From: a virus
IMG/VR virus record: IMGVR_UViG_3300037418_001469
DNA length: 64,000 nt
Direction: 5' to 3' (one strand)
A program made the position numbers and the translations under genes. The notes under the pieces are model-generated. The model was given only the letters and a program-made list of their open reading frames with translations, was not told the DNA's origin and did not search any database. How positions within the stretch are numbered: position 1 is the stretch's first letter; every line of letters starts with the position of its first letter. Of the stretch, positions 39,022 through 50,486 are shown piece after piece.

Positions 39022-39603
39022 ATGACACCAAGAGAAGTGAAGGCACATATACAGCAAGAGTCGATGGAATATCAAGAGATTATTCCTGCCCACATAGATA
39101 GAGATGAATCATCACAGTACGAGTTCAACAAAGCTAAAAAGTTCCTTACTAAAGCATTTGGTGGTAAGCGTTGTATCGTATGCGAAATGCGTGGAGAAAA
39201 GCCAATAGGCGCCATTGAATCCCACCATGTATTTGAATGGAGTCATTGGAATGATAATGACATGGAAATGGTAGAGACCACATTACGAGCATTATCACCT
39301 TTTATTCATGGAATATATATGATTAGCAAGGAGGATATTTTAGCAGGTAAAAAGATTCCTAGCTTATGGGAGCACCCTGAGTTAAGGAATAAGCCTTTTA
39401 CTTCACTAGACGACCCTAGAAATCAGTGGTTCTTATGTCACGCACATCACCAACAGTCTACTAACGAGCAGACAGAGAACGGTTATGATATTTTAGGTCT
39501 ACATAATGTACCTTTCCCTGAGTGGTTACAATACATGGGCTTACCGTCAGGCATAGTACCAGTAAGGCATGCAGTTAAAAAAATGGATAATAAAGTGAAA
39601 TAA
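39022..39603 (+). CDS. Hypothetical HNH-like Zn-binding protein
   Basis: CIVC, ESHH, LCHAHH. Confidence 0.5.
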   Translation: MTPREVKAHIQQESMEYQEIIPAHIDRDESSQYEFNKAKKFLTKAFGGKRCIVCEMRGEKPIGAIESHHVFEWSHWNDNDMEMVETTLRALSPFIHGIYMISKEDILAGKKIPSLWEHPELRNKPFTSLDDPRNQWFLCHAHHQQSTNEQTENGYDILGLHNVPFPEWLQYMGLPSGIVPVRHAVKKMDNKVK

Positions 39604-39683
39604 GTCAGGGTTCGTCCTTGACTTTTCCTTTTACACGTTTTATAATATAGATATAAGATAAACAATTGAATGGAGGAAATAGT

Positions 39684-40724
39684 ATGATAATAGGTCAGAG
39701 TTATAGTATCTTAGATAAATTAGAATTGTCACATGGATTGCGTATTGCTAGTCTAGGAAGTGAATATCACCATGTATGGATTAGAGACAATATTTATATG
39801 GCATTACCATATCTAGATAAGTTATGTGATACATACGAAAGAGCCTACCATACTATGCTTGACATTTTCTTGAAATATGAATGGAAGATAGATATACACA
39901 CCAAACAGAAACCTAACCTCATGTATGAATACATACACCCACGATATTCCAAGTATGACCTCACTGAAATTAATCAGGAGTGGGGCAACTGTCAGCATGA
40001 CGCTATTGGTGCTTTCCTTTGGGGCGTTGGCGAAGGAGAGAAGGCAGGAAAGAAGATTCTACGAAATGAGAGAGACAAACAACTAATTCAAAAACTAGTA
40101 TGGTATCTAGCCTGTTGTGAATATTACATAGACCCAGATAATGGAGTATGGGAAGAATGGCGAGAAGTCCACAGTTCTTCCATAGGAGCATGTGTAGCAG
40201 GATTGACAGCAGTGAGAGACATTGTTTTTGTACCTAGCGAGTTAATTAAGAAAGGTTGGTATGCATTAGGAGGATTATTTCCACATGAAAGTGCATCTAG
40301 ACCTATTGATTTAGCACAATTAACACTAGTATATCCATTCAAGATATATAGTGGATTGGACGCAGAGGTTATAGTAGGCGAAGTAGAGAATAAGCTACTC
40401 AAACAGCGTGGAGTAATACGCTACCAAGGAGATAGTTACTATAGTACAATAGAGAATGAAGGTAGGAATCATCCATTAGTGCACTACTACGGAACAGAGA
40501 TGGAATGGTGCTTTGGAGTTAGTTGGCTAGGACTTTCTCATTTAGAGCTAGGCAATATAGAAAAAGCTAAAATGTATTTAGAATGGTCTAGAAAACTAGC
40601 ATTAGAAGATGGCAGTATTCCCGAAGGATATTTATCTAACACCGATATTCCAAACCCTAACACACCCCTTGGTTGGTCGAATGCAATGCATATTTTATTA
40701 GAAGAGAAATTAGGAGGAATGTAG
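39684..40724 (+). CDS. Glycoside hydrolase family 15-like (alpha/alpha)6 protein
   Basis: VWIRD, Q.DA.G, GVWEE, SSIGA, RY.GD.Y, PLGWS. Confidence 0.75.
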   Translation: MIIGQSYSILDKLELSHGLRIASLGSEYHHVWIRDNIYMALPYLDKLCDTYERAYHTMLDIFLKYEWKIDIHTKQKPNLMYEYIHPRYSKYDLTEINQEWGNCQHDAIGAFLWGVGEGEKAGKKILRNERDKQLIQKLVWYLACCEYYIDPDNGVWEEWREVHSSSIGACVAGLTAVRDIVFVPSELIKKGWYALGGLFPHESASRPIDLAQLTLVYPFKIYSGLDAEVIVGEVENKLLKQRGVIRYQGDSYYSTIENEGRNHPLVHYYGTEMEWCFGVSWLGLSHLELGNIEKAKMYLEWSRKLALEDGSIPEGYLSNTDIPNPNTPLGWSNAMHILLEEKLGGM

Positions 40725-40725
40725 A

Positions 40726-41721
40726 ATGAAAGTTAAATTGTTTACTCATACAGATTTAGATGGAGTCGGATGCGGAATCGTTGCCAATGTAGCGTTCGGA
40801 AAAGAAAATGTAAGTATTGAATATTGCGACTACAATCAGATTAATACAAAGATAATGCATTTTATCACAGGTAAAGGATATGAGAAATATGACCGTATCT
40901 TTATTACTGACATATCTGTTAATGAAGAAGTTGCTAAGACAATTGATAAGCTATTTAGACAAGGTGTTGGATTTCAACTTGTTGACCACCACGCAACTGC
41001 ATTGCCATTAGCAGAAAGATACCCTATGTGGTGCGAAGTCAGAGTAGAGGAAAGCAATCTAGGAATTTATCAAGATGACACCCGTGAAAAGGTACTATCA
41101 AGTGGAACTAGCTTGTTTTATAAATTCCTCCGAAACAAACATCTTCCTAAGATAGAAAAGAACGCTATATTGAAAACATTTGTGGAAGTTATCCGAGAAT
41201 ATGATTCTTGGGAATGGCATAATGTATTCAAAAGTGACCACCCTAAGCGTTTAAATGACTTACTTTACATTGTTGGCAGAGAAAAATTTATAGAAAGATT
41301 CTCAGATAATCCACTACCAACATTTACAGATACAGAATTAACATTATTAGAAATTGAAGAACACCGTATCAATAAATACATTTGGTATAAGAAACAAGAA
41401 GTAAAAACCGATGCAATTGTAATAAACAATAAGGTATATAAATTTGCTTATGTGTTTGCAGAGCAAAATTCATCATTACTAGGCAATGCTATTGCTCAGG
41501 AATACGGAGACAAGATTGATTTCGTAGCTATCTTTGATATTGGCAGTAACAAAGTAAGTCTTCGTGGTATTCATGACCATATTAATCTAGGAACTGAGAT
41601 TGCTAAGAATTATGGTGGAGGCGGTCACGCTAAAAGTTCAGGATTTGAGATTAATCCAGTGTACCGTCAGGCAATCATGCGAAACATACTAGGAATTTAT
41701 AGTACAAAGGAGATAGAGTAA
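40726..41721 (+). CDS. DHH/DHHA1 phosphoesterase (NrnB-like)
   Basis: THTDLDG, FITD, VDHH, SLR, GGGGH. Confidence 0.88.
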   Translation: MKVKLFTHTDLDGVGCGIVANVAFGKENVSIEYCDYNQINTKIMHFITGKGYEKYDRIFITDISVNEEVAKTIDKLFRQGVGFQLVDHHATALPLAERYPMWCEVRVEESNLGIYQDDTREKVLSSGTSLFYKFLRNKHLPKIEKNAILKTFVEVIREYDSWEWHNVFKSDHPKRLNDLLYIVGREKFIERFSDNPLPTFTDTELTLLEIEEHRINKYIWYKKQEVKTDAIVINNKVYKFAYVFAEQNSSLLGNAIAQEYGDKIDFVAIFDIGSNKVSLRGIHDHINLGTEIAKNYGGGGHAKSSGFEINPVYRQAIMRNILGIYSTKEIE

Positions 41722-41722
41722 A

Positions 41723-41974
41723 ATGGATAAAACAGTAGCTTTTGTTGAGTTCCTAACAGATTGGCAGAATATTTCTTACGAGCAGGTAGAAACAGCTAGC
41801 GAAATTCAAGTATTTAATGTCATTGGAACTATCATTCAGCTAGTTAAGAATGGATATATGTCCTCTGAGGCAGTATATCGTTTTCTTACTTGTCTATCGC
41901 TCGATGACGAGGACAAAGAAAAAATGAAAAAAGTTCTTGATAATGCTCATGAATCAGCTAACATAATTAACTAA
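41723..41974 (+). CDS. Hypothetical protein
   Basis: RBS. Confidence 0.55.
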   Translation: MDKTVAFVEFLTDWQNISYEQVETASEIQVFNVIGTIIQLVKNGYMSSEAVYRFLTCLSLDDEDKEKMKKVLDNAHESANIIN

Positions 41975-41986
41975 GGAGGAATTAAA

Positions 41987-42379
41987 ATGACAAAGAAATT
42001 CAAATTTATTGTAAAAACAACGAAGGAATTTACATATGACGAAAAAGGATTTGTTACAAAGGAAGTAGTTACAGAAGAATCATATGAAGAAGAAGTCAAT
42101 AAAGGTGGTAGTGAAATCACAAGTGGAACTATCACTGCAACAGATATAAAACCCGATGTTTATATTAAGGCAACAGGTATTCCATCTACAGCACTTTATG
42201 AGACTAATTGTTATGACCCAAAATTCTTAATAACAAACAATGGTGGTTTAGAAATGACAGGTGATTTAAAACTTAACGCAAAATCTGTAAGTGAAGTTGC
42301 CAACGAAGTTAAAGCAATCTTAGAAAAAGATTTAAAAAATGAAGTAAAGTTAAAATCAAAAATCATCGGAAAACGCTAA
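41987..42379 (+). CDS. Hypothetical protein
   Basis: RBS. Confidence 0.55.
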   Translation: MTKKFKFIVKTTKEFTYDEKGFVTKEVVTEESYEEEVNKGGSEITSGTITATDIKPDVYIKATGIPSTALYETNCYDPKFLITNNGGLEMTGDLKLNAKSVSEVANEVKAILEKDLKNEVKLKSKIIGKR

Positions 42380-42506
42380 GTATTGCCATTTGAAATCAAG
42401 GACAGCTTATGATATTATATAAGTACAGAGGAGGAACAAAAAATTACTACACGATTAAGTATCCCAATCCTCTTCTGTACCAAATCCATTAAAGGAGTTG
42501 TTGTAT

Positions 42507-42689
42507 ATGAGTACAAACAAATTGTTAGTACCACAATCAGAAATGGTATTAGAACAAATGAAACAAGAAATTGCTCAAGAGTTCGGTATTCATTATGGTG
42601 CAGATGCAACTGCTCGTGATAATGGTAAAATTGGTGGAGAAATAACAAAGCGACTAGTTCAAATGGCTCAAGAACAATTAAAACAATAA
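42507..42689 (+). CDS. ssp: Alpha/beta-type small acid-soluble spore protein
   Basis: NKLLVP....[13 protein letters not shown]...[18 protein letters not shown]. Confidence 0.92.
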   Translation: MSTNKLLVPQSEMVLEQMKQEIAQEFGIHYGADATARDNGKIGGEITKRLVQMAQEQLKQ

Positions 42690-42773
42690 AATAACCGCCT
42701 AGCCTCGTGCTAGGCTTTTTTGCAAATGAGATTATATTATATGTATAAGATAGAATTTAAGGAGGAAAACTAA

Positions 42774-43732
42774 ATGATTAGTGCAGTTGATGTAGCAGAA
42801 GATATATTAAAGTTTAGAGGCTTTTGGAAATCATCATTTAAAGACAAGTTGATTTGGCTATTTATACTATATCCATTTATGTTGTTTGTTGTTTCATTCT
42901 TCACTTTGCAGATGATTTATACATATGTCTATTGTGGCTTGCACAGTTTAAAGCACAAGTTAAGGAGGAAAGGAAATGAAGACAAGTACAAGTAATTCAG
43001 TATTTGAAGGAGAAAACATCATTGCTTATGACCACGATACATATATAGTATTTAAAGAAGATGGTCAAGGCGAGATAGTCATTCCAAGTATTGAGAGATA
43101 CGAAATAAAGCATGGCACTAGGGCAATCAGAGAGAATGGCTCTGTAGACCTTCTGTGCCCCAATATGAGCGTTTTAAACCATATAGAAAATAAATGGTCT
43201 AGGTTGGACGAAACAACGCTTATATGCTCAGAATGTGGCTCTCAGATGGATATAAACAATATTAACGGACGAGCAAAGTTGGAGGAGAAAGAATAATGAA
43301 TAGTGATGGTCGAAGGACGGTAAAGATTCTACTTGGCGGAGAATGGACGGAAGCAGAATTTCAGGAACTGGAAGAAGGAGATATATTCAGACTATACAAT
43401 CCTTTTGGCGAGTTAGTAGGAACATACAAAGCACTGTCAGACCCTTATATTAACATTGATTTTGATGTATACGAGATAGCGATAGAGGAGGTAAAAGAAT
43501 GAAAATAGAAAAGGTAAAATACAATGTCTTCATAAATAGCTTTGGAGGAGGAATTGGAGCAGGAACTTTAAAAGCTATGGGTACGATAGAAGAAGTAACT
43601 GTAGAGCACAATACAATAACAGATAAAATAGCAGTAAAAGTAAATAATGAGGTAGTGTTTGAACATGAACCTAGACCAAAGGCTAATAATATTACAACAG
43701 CAGATAGCGAATCAAGTATCACAGAAGGTTGA
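42774..43732 (+). other. Four small hypothetical ORFs (42774-42995, 42976-43296, 43296-43502, 43499-43732)
   Basis: RBSs and translational coupling. Confidence 0.55.
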
Positions 43733-43866
43733 CCTATACTACTATGAAGGATATGGCGCATTAGCAGTGCCTCATGGAGCACCACTGCACCCTAGATATA
43801 TTATATTCGCTTTCCCTGACATAGCAATAAGAGCAAACCCCCAAGTCTTTTGACAAGGGGGCTTTT

Positions 43867-44196
43867 TTATTTATCTTTACCTAGTAGTCCATCACGAAAC
43901 AATTCTTTTTTGTGTTCTCTGTGATTTTTCATATAGTCTCTATGTTTATCTTTATCGTAATACCTACCTCCTTTTTGATTTTTCTTAAATCGTTCACTTG
44001 CCTTCTCTTTTCTTTCGGGAAACAACGTAAATTGAATAAGCCTCTTGCTTACATTCCATTTTTTAGCTAAAGAAGTAATGCTAATAGTTCCGCTTTCATA
44101 TTCTTTTACTATTTTTTCCTTATCTTCTTGAGTTAACTTAACTCTCTTGTCATATTTTTCATTATTGATTGGAATTTTATCGAATTTATAGGGCAT
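43867..44196 (-). CDS. HTH DNA-binding protein
   Basis: KLTQED...SITSLAKKWNVSKRLIQ. Confidence 0.65.
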   Translation of the reverse strand: MPYKFDKIPINNEKYDKRVKLTQEDKEKIVKEYESGTISITSLAKKWNVSKRLIQFTLFPERKEKASERFKKNQKGGRYYDKDKHRDYMKNHREHKKELFRDGLLGKDK

Positions 44197-44492
44197 TGCA
44201 ATCTCACCTCTCATTAGATATAAAAAAAGTGCGTAGCACCGAAACGCCACGCAATCCTTATAAGTGTAGGTTTCCTGCGTCAACCTACTCCTCACTATCT
44301 AAAAAATCCTCAATAATTTCCTTGCCTTCTCGAATCGTTACATACGCTCTTTCTAGTTCAATTGCCTCAGTACTCTTAGGGTCAGGGTAAATTTTAGCAT
44401 TGTACCAATTCAGTTCACTTAAGGTATCATCCAAATCCGCAACCAAAGTGATAAGTTTTTCATGTTTAACTTTTTCCATTAATACCATCCTC

Positions 44493-44873
44493 CTAAAATA
44501 TTCTATATTGAATCTTACACAATAGTCTACCTTTGCGGAAAAACAAGTCAATCTCACGATTCCAATATCCAATTAGATTTCCTTCTTTATAAATCATATC
44601 ATAGTTTCTATCGTCATCTTTTACGATTCCAATAATTTTTTCCTCAAATACCTCTCTAATTTCTCTTTTACTCATTTTATCATTATAATTTATACCATGC
44701 TTATTCAAGACCACCTTAACGAACTGCTCTCTGTACTCTTTAATATACATATTAGCCTCTTTACGAATATCATTAAAGTTATTAAAATGCATCTTCTCCA
44801 TCAATGTCGATAAATCCAGTACGATTGTTCCTAAACTTTTGTCCTGCTGTTTCTTCTTTTTTGTTTTCGACAT
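44493..44873 (-). CDS. Hypothetical protein
   Basis: AAGGAGGAG RBS. Confidence 0.55.
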   Translation of the reverse strand: MSKTKKKKQQDKSLGTIVLDLSTLMEKMHFNNFNDIRKEANMYIKEYREQFVKVVLNKHGINYNDKMSKREIREVFEEKIIGIVKDDDRNYDMIYKEGNLIGYWNREIDLFFRKGRLLCKIQYRIF

Positions 44874-45468
44874 AATCTTCATCTCCTCCTTGGTAAACGA
44901 AAGCCACGAGACCATCTTTGAAAATATCCTCCACCATCGGAAGGACAACTCCATTCCAATCGCCTCCTCCAAGCCCACAACCGAGCCTAAATGGGATAAC
45001 AACATCTACATTAAGAGCCTGTGCCATCATTTTAACATCTTCTAAGCCTGTACGCAAGGCATTGTAGTCAGTATATCTCTTGCCATCTCTTCCATAAAAC
45101 TCTTGACCAATAATATTGCAGACATACTTATCAGGTTCTACCTCAATATATGAAGTATATCCCAATTCTAGAAGTCCTAATTCGTACTCAGCACGATAAT
45201 GTTCGTAAACCATTGGATATTTATTACGAATGGCTTTAGCTAAGCCTGAACCCATTACTCCTTGAGCGTTGCATTGTTGAACCATAATACACTTATTAGG
45301 TTGTCCATCAAATATATCGTTCATTACATGAATTATCATTGTCTCATTCCTTCCTATTACAGACTCACCGCAATGAATACAGTGAACCCAATCGTCACTA
45401 GTATAGTCTATCTGACATACTGCTTTACCCCTACGGTTGGGACAAGAAAGATGGGTATCAGTCGCCAT
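44782..45468 (-). CDS. Macrodomain protein (Poa1p-like), possibly with N-terminal Zn ribbon; alternative start 45339
   Basis: QCNAQGVMGSGLAKAIR.KYP, PFRLGCGLGGGDW. Confidence 0.85.
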   Translation of the reverse strand: MATDTHLSCPNRRGKAVCQIDYTSDDWVHCIHCGESVIGRNETMIIHVMNDIFDGQPNKCIMVQQCNAQGVMGSGLAKAIRNKYPMVYEHYRAEYELGLLELGYTSYIEVEPDKYVCNIIGQEFYGRDGKRYTDYNALRTGLEDVKMMAQALNVDVVIPFRLGCGLGGGDWNGVVLPMVEDIFKDGLVAFVYQGGDEDYVENKKEETAGQKFRNNRTGFIDIDGEDAF

Positions 45469-47027
45469 TGTTGCTTGCCTCTTCAAATTCACCACAATCT
45501 TTACATTTCATCCATAATCCTGAGTCATAGTAGTCTCCATATCCATTTATGGTACAATTCTCACTTCCGCATTTTTTACATATAATTTTAATTGAAAAAC
45601 TATCAGTATCTTTTTTCACTTCGCTCCAACCTCCTATAATAAAATATGTGACTATACCTAAAGCGAGAAGAATCCAAGATATATCTCTTTTTTTCACTAC
45701 ATCATTCCTTTTTAATATATATGATTATGAGTAATAAAACAGGAGAGTATAGTAGTCCTGCTATAAATATTATGTAATCATTCATTACTATACCTCCTCA
45801 GACGCTCAGAATAGCCTCCTAAACGATTTTAAAAAGGAAGTAGTATAAATACTACCCCCTCGTGTTATAATTGCTCCTAGAGCCTGTCTTTAACTGTAAA
45901 ATTGAACTTAATCTTATTGAAAGATTTAAGTAGTCGTTCCTTCTCTTGCTCATTAGTATTAGTAACAATACGATACCGTATCTCTTTGTTAATATCTTCT
46001 TTCACTTTATCAATCACATCCTCTACTGTTAAAGAACTAAGTTTTTCGATTATTCTTCTGTCGTAATCATAGACCGATTCTCTGCTTGATTTCCAAATAA
46101 GGTCGATGCAATTAGTTTCTTTCTTAAAGCCTTTTACCTTATATGTATACTTTATATAATATGCTTCTTTGTAATCATAACGGTCATATTTCATTACTAT
46201 ACTAGCTTTAACTTTAATTTCCATATAAACACCTCCATAAGCAAGATTTTCTATAGCCTCGCTCAATTATTTTTTACTTAAAATTGCATCAAGAAACAAA
46301 CAAGTAAAAAAGGCAACTATCCAAACACCTAAGCCACTCATATGCGTTCCAAAAGCATCGTTAAAATTATACACTACTTCATTTGCTTTACCAAATATAT
46401 TTATTAGCACTAATGCAATAATCAAAAAAAATGTAAACATTTATTCCACTTCCTTAAACATATAGCGTACTTTGTCAAATCCTTTAGCGTTATCATATAT
46501 AGTGTATTGTTCTAACAGAAAAGCAACTAACTTTTCATAATCCTTTACTCTGCAATCAGGGTTAAACACCATTTGTTTAGGCATTTGAAAATGTACAAGT
46601 TGACCACTGTGTAGTTTTAGATAGGAAATCTCTCCAACCGCATCAATAGTAGCTGTGTCATTTTCCAATTCAAAATCAGGTTCATTTTCAAAGGGATTAG
46701 GCATGGCATAGTGACCGTACATACTATCGTACATTTTCTCATAACAGTTATAGCATAGATTTTTGTGGTAATGATGCAAAGCAACATTGTGATTATTGCA
46801 CTCAGAACATCTACCTTCCATTTGTATCACTCCTCCGTATTGTAAATATCAACTAATCTTAGCTTGCTAGTTATTGCGTAATAGGTCTTTCCACAGCAAT
46901 TGGCTCTATATGATGTTCCATCTGCATCAAAGTCAGCGTAAAATTCTAACTTGCTCTTGCAATGTGGACATTCAGACTCATATAAAAGCTGACTAATATA
47001 GTACTCATTTAAAGGTATTGGTATCAT
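45458..47027 (-). other. Small hypothetical ORFs, several with CxxC Zn ribbons
   Basis: 45458-45697, 45877-46266, 46441-46830, 46827-47027. Confidence 0.5.
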
Positions 47028-47144
47028 TTTATCACTCCTTAGTATATTATAGTTATATTATACTAAAAAAAATTGGTAAAGTCAAGGAGGTACTTGTATA
47101 AATACATGAAAGATGGTTATAATATATTCATGGAGGTGTTGAAT

Positions 47145-47696
47145 ATGAATATATTTGATTTTACAGGAGAAAGAATCATTTTTGCAGGAGATAAGAAGCT
47201 ATTTTTGTACAGCGTGGACAAGCAAGAGGAATTGTTCAAGATGAATTTTAAAGGAATTGATACGTTTTTTAATACTCTTGATTCAGTAGGCAATAAGGCT
47301 ATCGGTAATGCAATGATTCTTTTTGATGGTTACAATGATGTGGCTACAGAATTATATGAGGTTCCACAAGTAAGAAAATTCGTAAAAGAGCTGTTTAATC
47401 GCTATCCTTATTTGCTAAATTATATCAACTTTGATATAGAAGGACATCATTCATTGTTGGCTTGCTTATTAGATATAGAGGTAATGTATAAAGGAGAAAG
47501 ACTTACATTCGATGAGCATGCTAAGAGATATGGCTTTGGAAAACCTATGCCAAAACATAATGTGCATATGAAAATGCCAAGTGAATTATTAGCACACTTG
47601 GTAAAGTCTATGTTTTCACATGGAAATACAACAGGAACTACTAAATATGCGGACAAGCAAGCATATAAGTTGATGGAAATATTTAAGAGGGCTTAA
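47145..47696 (+). CDS. Hypothetical protein (DUF1817-like)
   Basis: FDGY.D...ELYE.PQVR.F...L...YPY; own terminator ~47687. Confidence 0.55.
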   Translation: MNIFDFTGERIIFAGDKKLFLYSVDKQEELFKMNFKGIDTFFNTLDSVGNKAIGNAMILFDGYNDVATELYEVPQVRKFVKELFNRYPYLLNYINFDIEGHHSLLACLLDIEVMYKGERLTFDEHAKRYGFGKPMPKHNVHMKMPSELLAHLVKSMFSHGNTTGTTKYADKQAYKLMEIFKRA

Positions 47697-47961
47697 ATAG
47701 CCCTCTCTTTTTTTCTAATTCCACTCATTCCAACACCAGTTTTCTAGTTTATTTATTATTTTATTGCTCATGACATATTCAATAGCTTTATCTCTAGGCA
47801 TAAACAATGTGACTAACATCATTAGTGAAAGTGGAATAAGCACAATAAGAAACTTAATATAGAATTTCCAACCTAGACTCATGGGTTCAACCTTCCTTCT
47901 TTATAGCCTGTTTTAAATCCAATGGTATAGGCAACAATTACTAGTATTAGAGTTATAATCA

Positions 47962-49255
47962 TTATAATGCCTCCTTGTATTTGGGTTCAATTAATTTTTC
48001 TACATAATACTCAAAACAATTAGTTTCACTGCACAGGCAAGCACCATCAAATCCTAGCCTTATGTAATTATCTCCTACATAAATAGGCTCGTTACACTCG
48101 TCACAATAACAGAACACCTTTTCTTCTTGACCGCTAGCTAACTTCCACTCATCGTAGTCTCTCATTCTTCCACCTTCTTCTTTCTATATGCCTTAGCAGT
48201 AGTAATAACAACTACTCCATCAGGATATATTTGATTGTTTATATTGAGAACCTTAGTGTCGATATCTGTTATAAGAGCATCACGGTCATGTAGCATATAT
48301 TTTCTAGCCAATCCAAACAATGCCTTGATTTGATAACCGATTGTATAGTCTAGCAACTTTCTGTCTGCATATCGCTTATCTTCAATGATATTTTTAACTT
48401 CAAACTCTTCTAATAGTACTAGTTCATACTTACTCATTGCTATATACTCTCGCTTTCGCTGTTATTTTTAAATAGTTATCACCAAATAAAGGATAGTTAG
48501 GGAAATCATCTTCTTCTTTAAAAGATATGCTAATTAAAGCATCGTCAATATCTATATCTACGAATGCATCTATAAGCCTATGAGCTAATTGTTTCTTTGT
48601 TTCTTTGACAATATCAACCTTTGCTGATTTAATCAGTTCATAGTTAAGTGTAGATTCAACATAAAAAGTTTCCTTTTTTTTATATTCCACAATACCACTC
48701 CTTAATAATTGTTATTAACCTTTTGGAACTTTTAATAACTTTTTTTATTAACCGTTATTAACGTCCGTCTTTCCAAGCTATGTACAAGCCTACCAAAATA
48801 ATTGCTCCGATTATACCGAAGGTGACAAAGCCTGCAATAAAATTAGTCCAATCCATGTAGTCACCGCCTTTTAATTATTAATCCACCATAGTCAACATAA
48901 CATAGATAGCCATCAATATAGCACCTAAGTCGAGTGTACCTTTGTTTGCCTGCTTTAAAAATTGAAGACATAAGCCAACTAACATAACTAATCCAAATAC
49001 GAACATAAACATCTCTCCTTTATATTATAAGTATAATATAATTATACAACAAAAAAAGAAACTAGTCAAGGACTAGTTCCCTTTACATTCTATACAAACA
49101 GTGTTTCCTTTTTCAGGCACAGACCAGTTATTATAATGTTGGACATTGAAAAAAGCACCTGTCTCTTCTTTTTCATCACGCACTAGCTTACCTACTGGAA
49201 CTCCGCACTTATAACAAGAAAACTCATATGGACTTGCCTTAGATTTAGTTGTCAT
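47962..49255 (-). other. Small hypothetical ORFs
   Basis: 47962-48165, 48162-48437, 48430-48690, 49073-49255 plus short membrane peptides. Confidence 0.5.
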
Positions 49256-49691
49256 TCAGCACGCCCCATTCACTAGGCATTGGCTTTCTAATTTCATATG
49301 TTTTGCTAGGGTTAAACTTAAGTTGTTTGAATCCATTAGCAACATCATACCTCTTAACTCGGACGATAGCATCAGGAGGAATAATACCATCATACTCTAT
49401 AGCCTCGCAACCATAGAAACTTACACTATGGTCTGAGGAGTACTGAGCCATATTCCAATCCAGTTTAGCTGTGTCAATTTTCAAGAAGTCAATAACAGGG
49501 TTGCTAACTACTTCATTTGTATCATAATCAAAACGTGTTTTTGGTAATGCAAAGAATCTAAAACAATCCTCTAGTGAGAAACAGGCATATACATAGCCCC
49601 AACTAGGCTTTATGCCCTCTCTTAAGATGTTACTAACATTGCTAGGTGCTGTGCCATGCCATATAAAATGAGGTCTAGTTGGTTTTTCCAT
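49245..49691 (-). CDS. ADP-ribosyltransferase/Tpt1-like fold protein
   Basis: WHGT...NILREGIKP..GYVY, IPPDAI. Confidence 0.5.
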   Translation of the reverse strand: MEKPTRPHFIWHGTAPSNVSNILREGIKPSWGYVYACFSLEDCFRFFALPKTRFDYDTNEVVSNPVIDFLKIDTAKLDWNMAQYSSDHSVSFYGCEAIEYDGIIPPDAIVRVKRYDVANGFKQLKFNPSKTYEIRKPMPSEWGVLNDN

Positions 49692-50093
49692 CTCTACTCA
49701 GCTCCTTCATAATTTGTTTAATATCTTGTAAAGACAAAAAGAAGTCACGAACTATTCCGCTATCCATTTCTTGATAGATACGAACAAACTTTCTTCCTTT
49801 GTAGTCTTCTTCGATTTTGAAATAATCTTCTGTTCCATTATGCATATAGTCGTCGAATTTGGTCATTTAATCCACCTTCCTCCCCTTCCTAACCCTCATT
49901 CTTCTCTCTATCAAATCACCACACAAGCCCCACCACGCCATAGCAACGCCAAACAAACACACGACAATTCCACCCAGGAATAAACCCCCAACAACCACCC
50001 AAGCCACAACCAATTCCCATTCCACTGTCATTTTGTCGCCTCCTACTTTTACATTATAAATATAATACAGGGCAAAAGTCAAGGATTGTCTTT

Positions 50094-50486
50094 TCACTTT
50101 TTATTTAGTTTTTGTTCAATTTTACGGACGCAATCATTTACGTTTTTATTAATCTCAGAACCACTAAAACGTAACACAGACTTATAGCCATTCTTGTATA
50201 GATAAGAACTCCTCCTTTTATCGTACTTTTTTTGGTCGGGGGAAGAATGAAAAGCCTTACCATCGCACTCAATAGCAATATTACCTATAGTCATATCTAT
50301 ATAGTAGGGACCACACCTAGTCTGAGATTTAACTTTATATCCTTTTCTTGCTAATGCATTATATAACTTCCACTCTATAGGAGATTCACATTTAGGTTTT
50401 GTATCTGTTTCTTTATATAATATCCATGCAGGGACAAGCAGTGTAGTTAGGAACATAACCACAAGTGATAAATTACCAACACCCAT
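50094..50486 (-). CDS. DUF559/Vsr-like endonuclease with N-terminal TM
   Basis: ESPIE..L, YYID, IECDG..FH, D..R, LRFSGSEI. Confidence 0.8.
   Translation of the reverse strand: MGVGNLSLVVMFLTTLLVPAWILYKETDTKPKCESPIEWKLYNALARKGYKVKSQTRCGPYYIDMTIGNIAIECDGKAFHSSPDQKKYDKRRSSYLYKNGYKSVLRFSGSEINKNVNDCVRKIEQKLNKK

Noticed and set aside
42440-42495. sigmaG promoter for the SASP gene
   Set aside because: Match to the consensus is too weak to call by eye.
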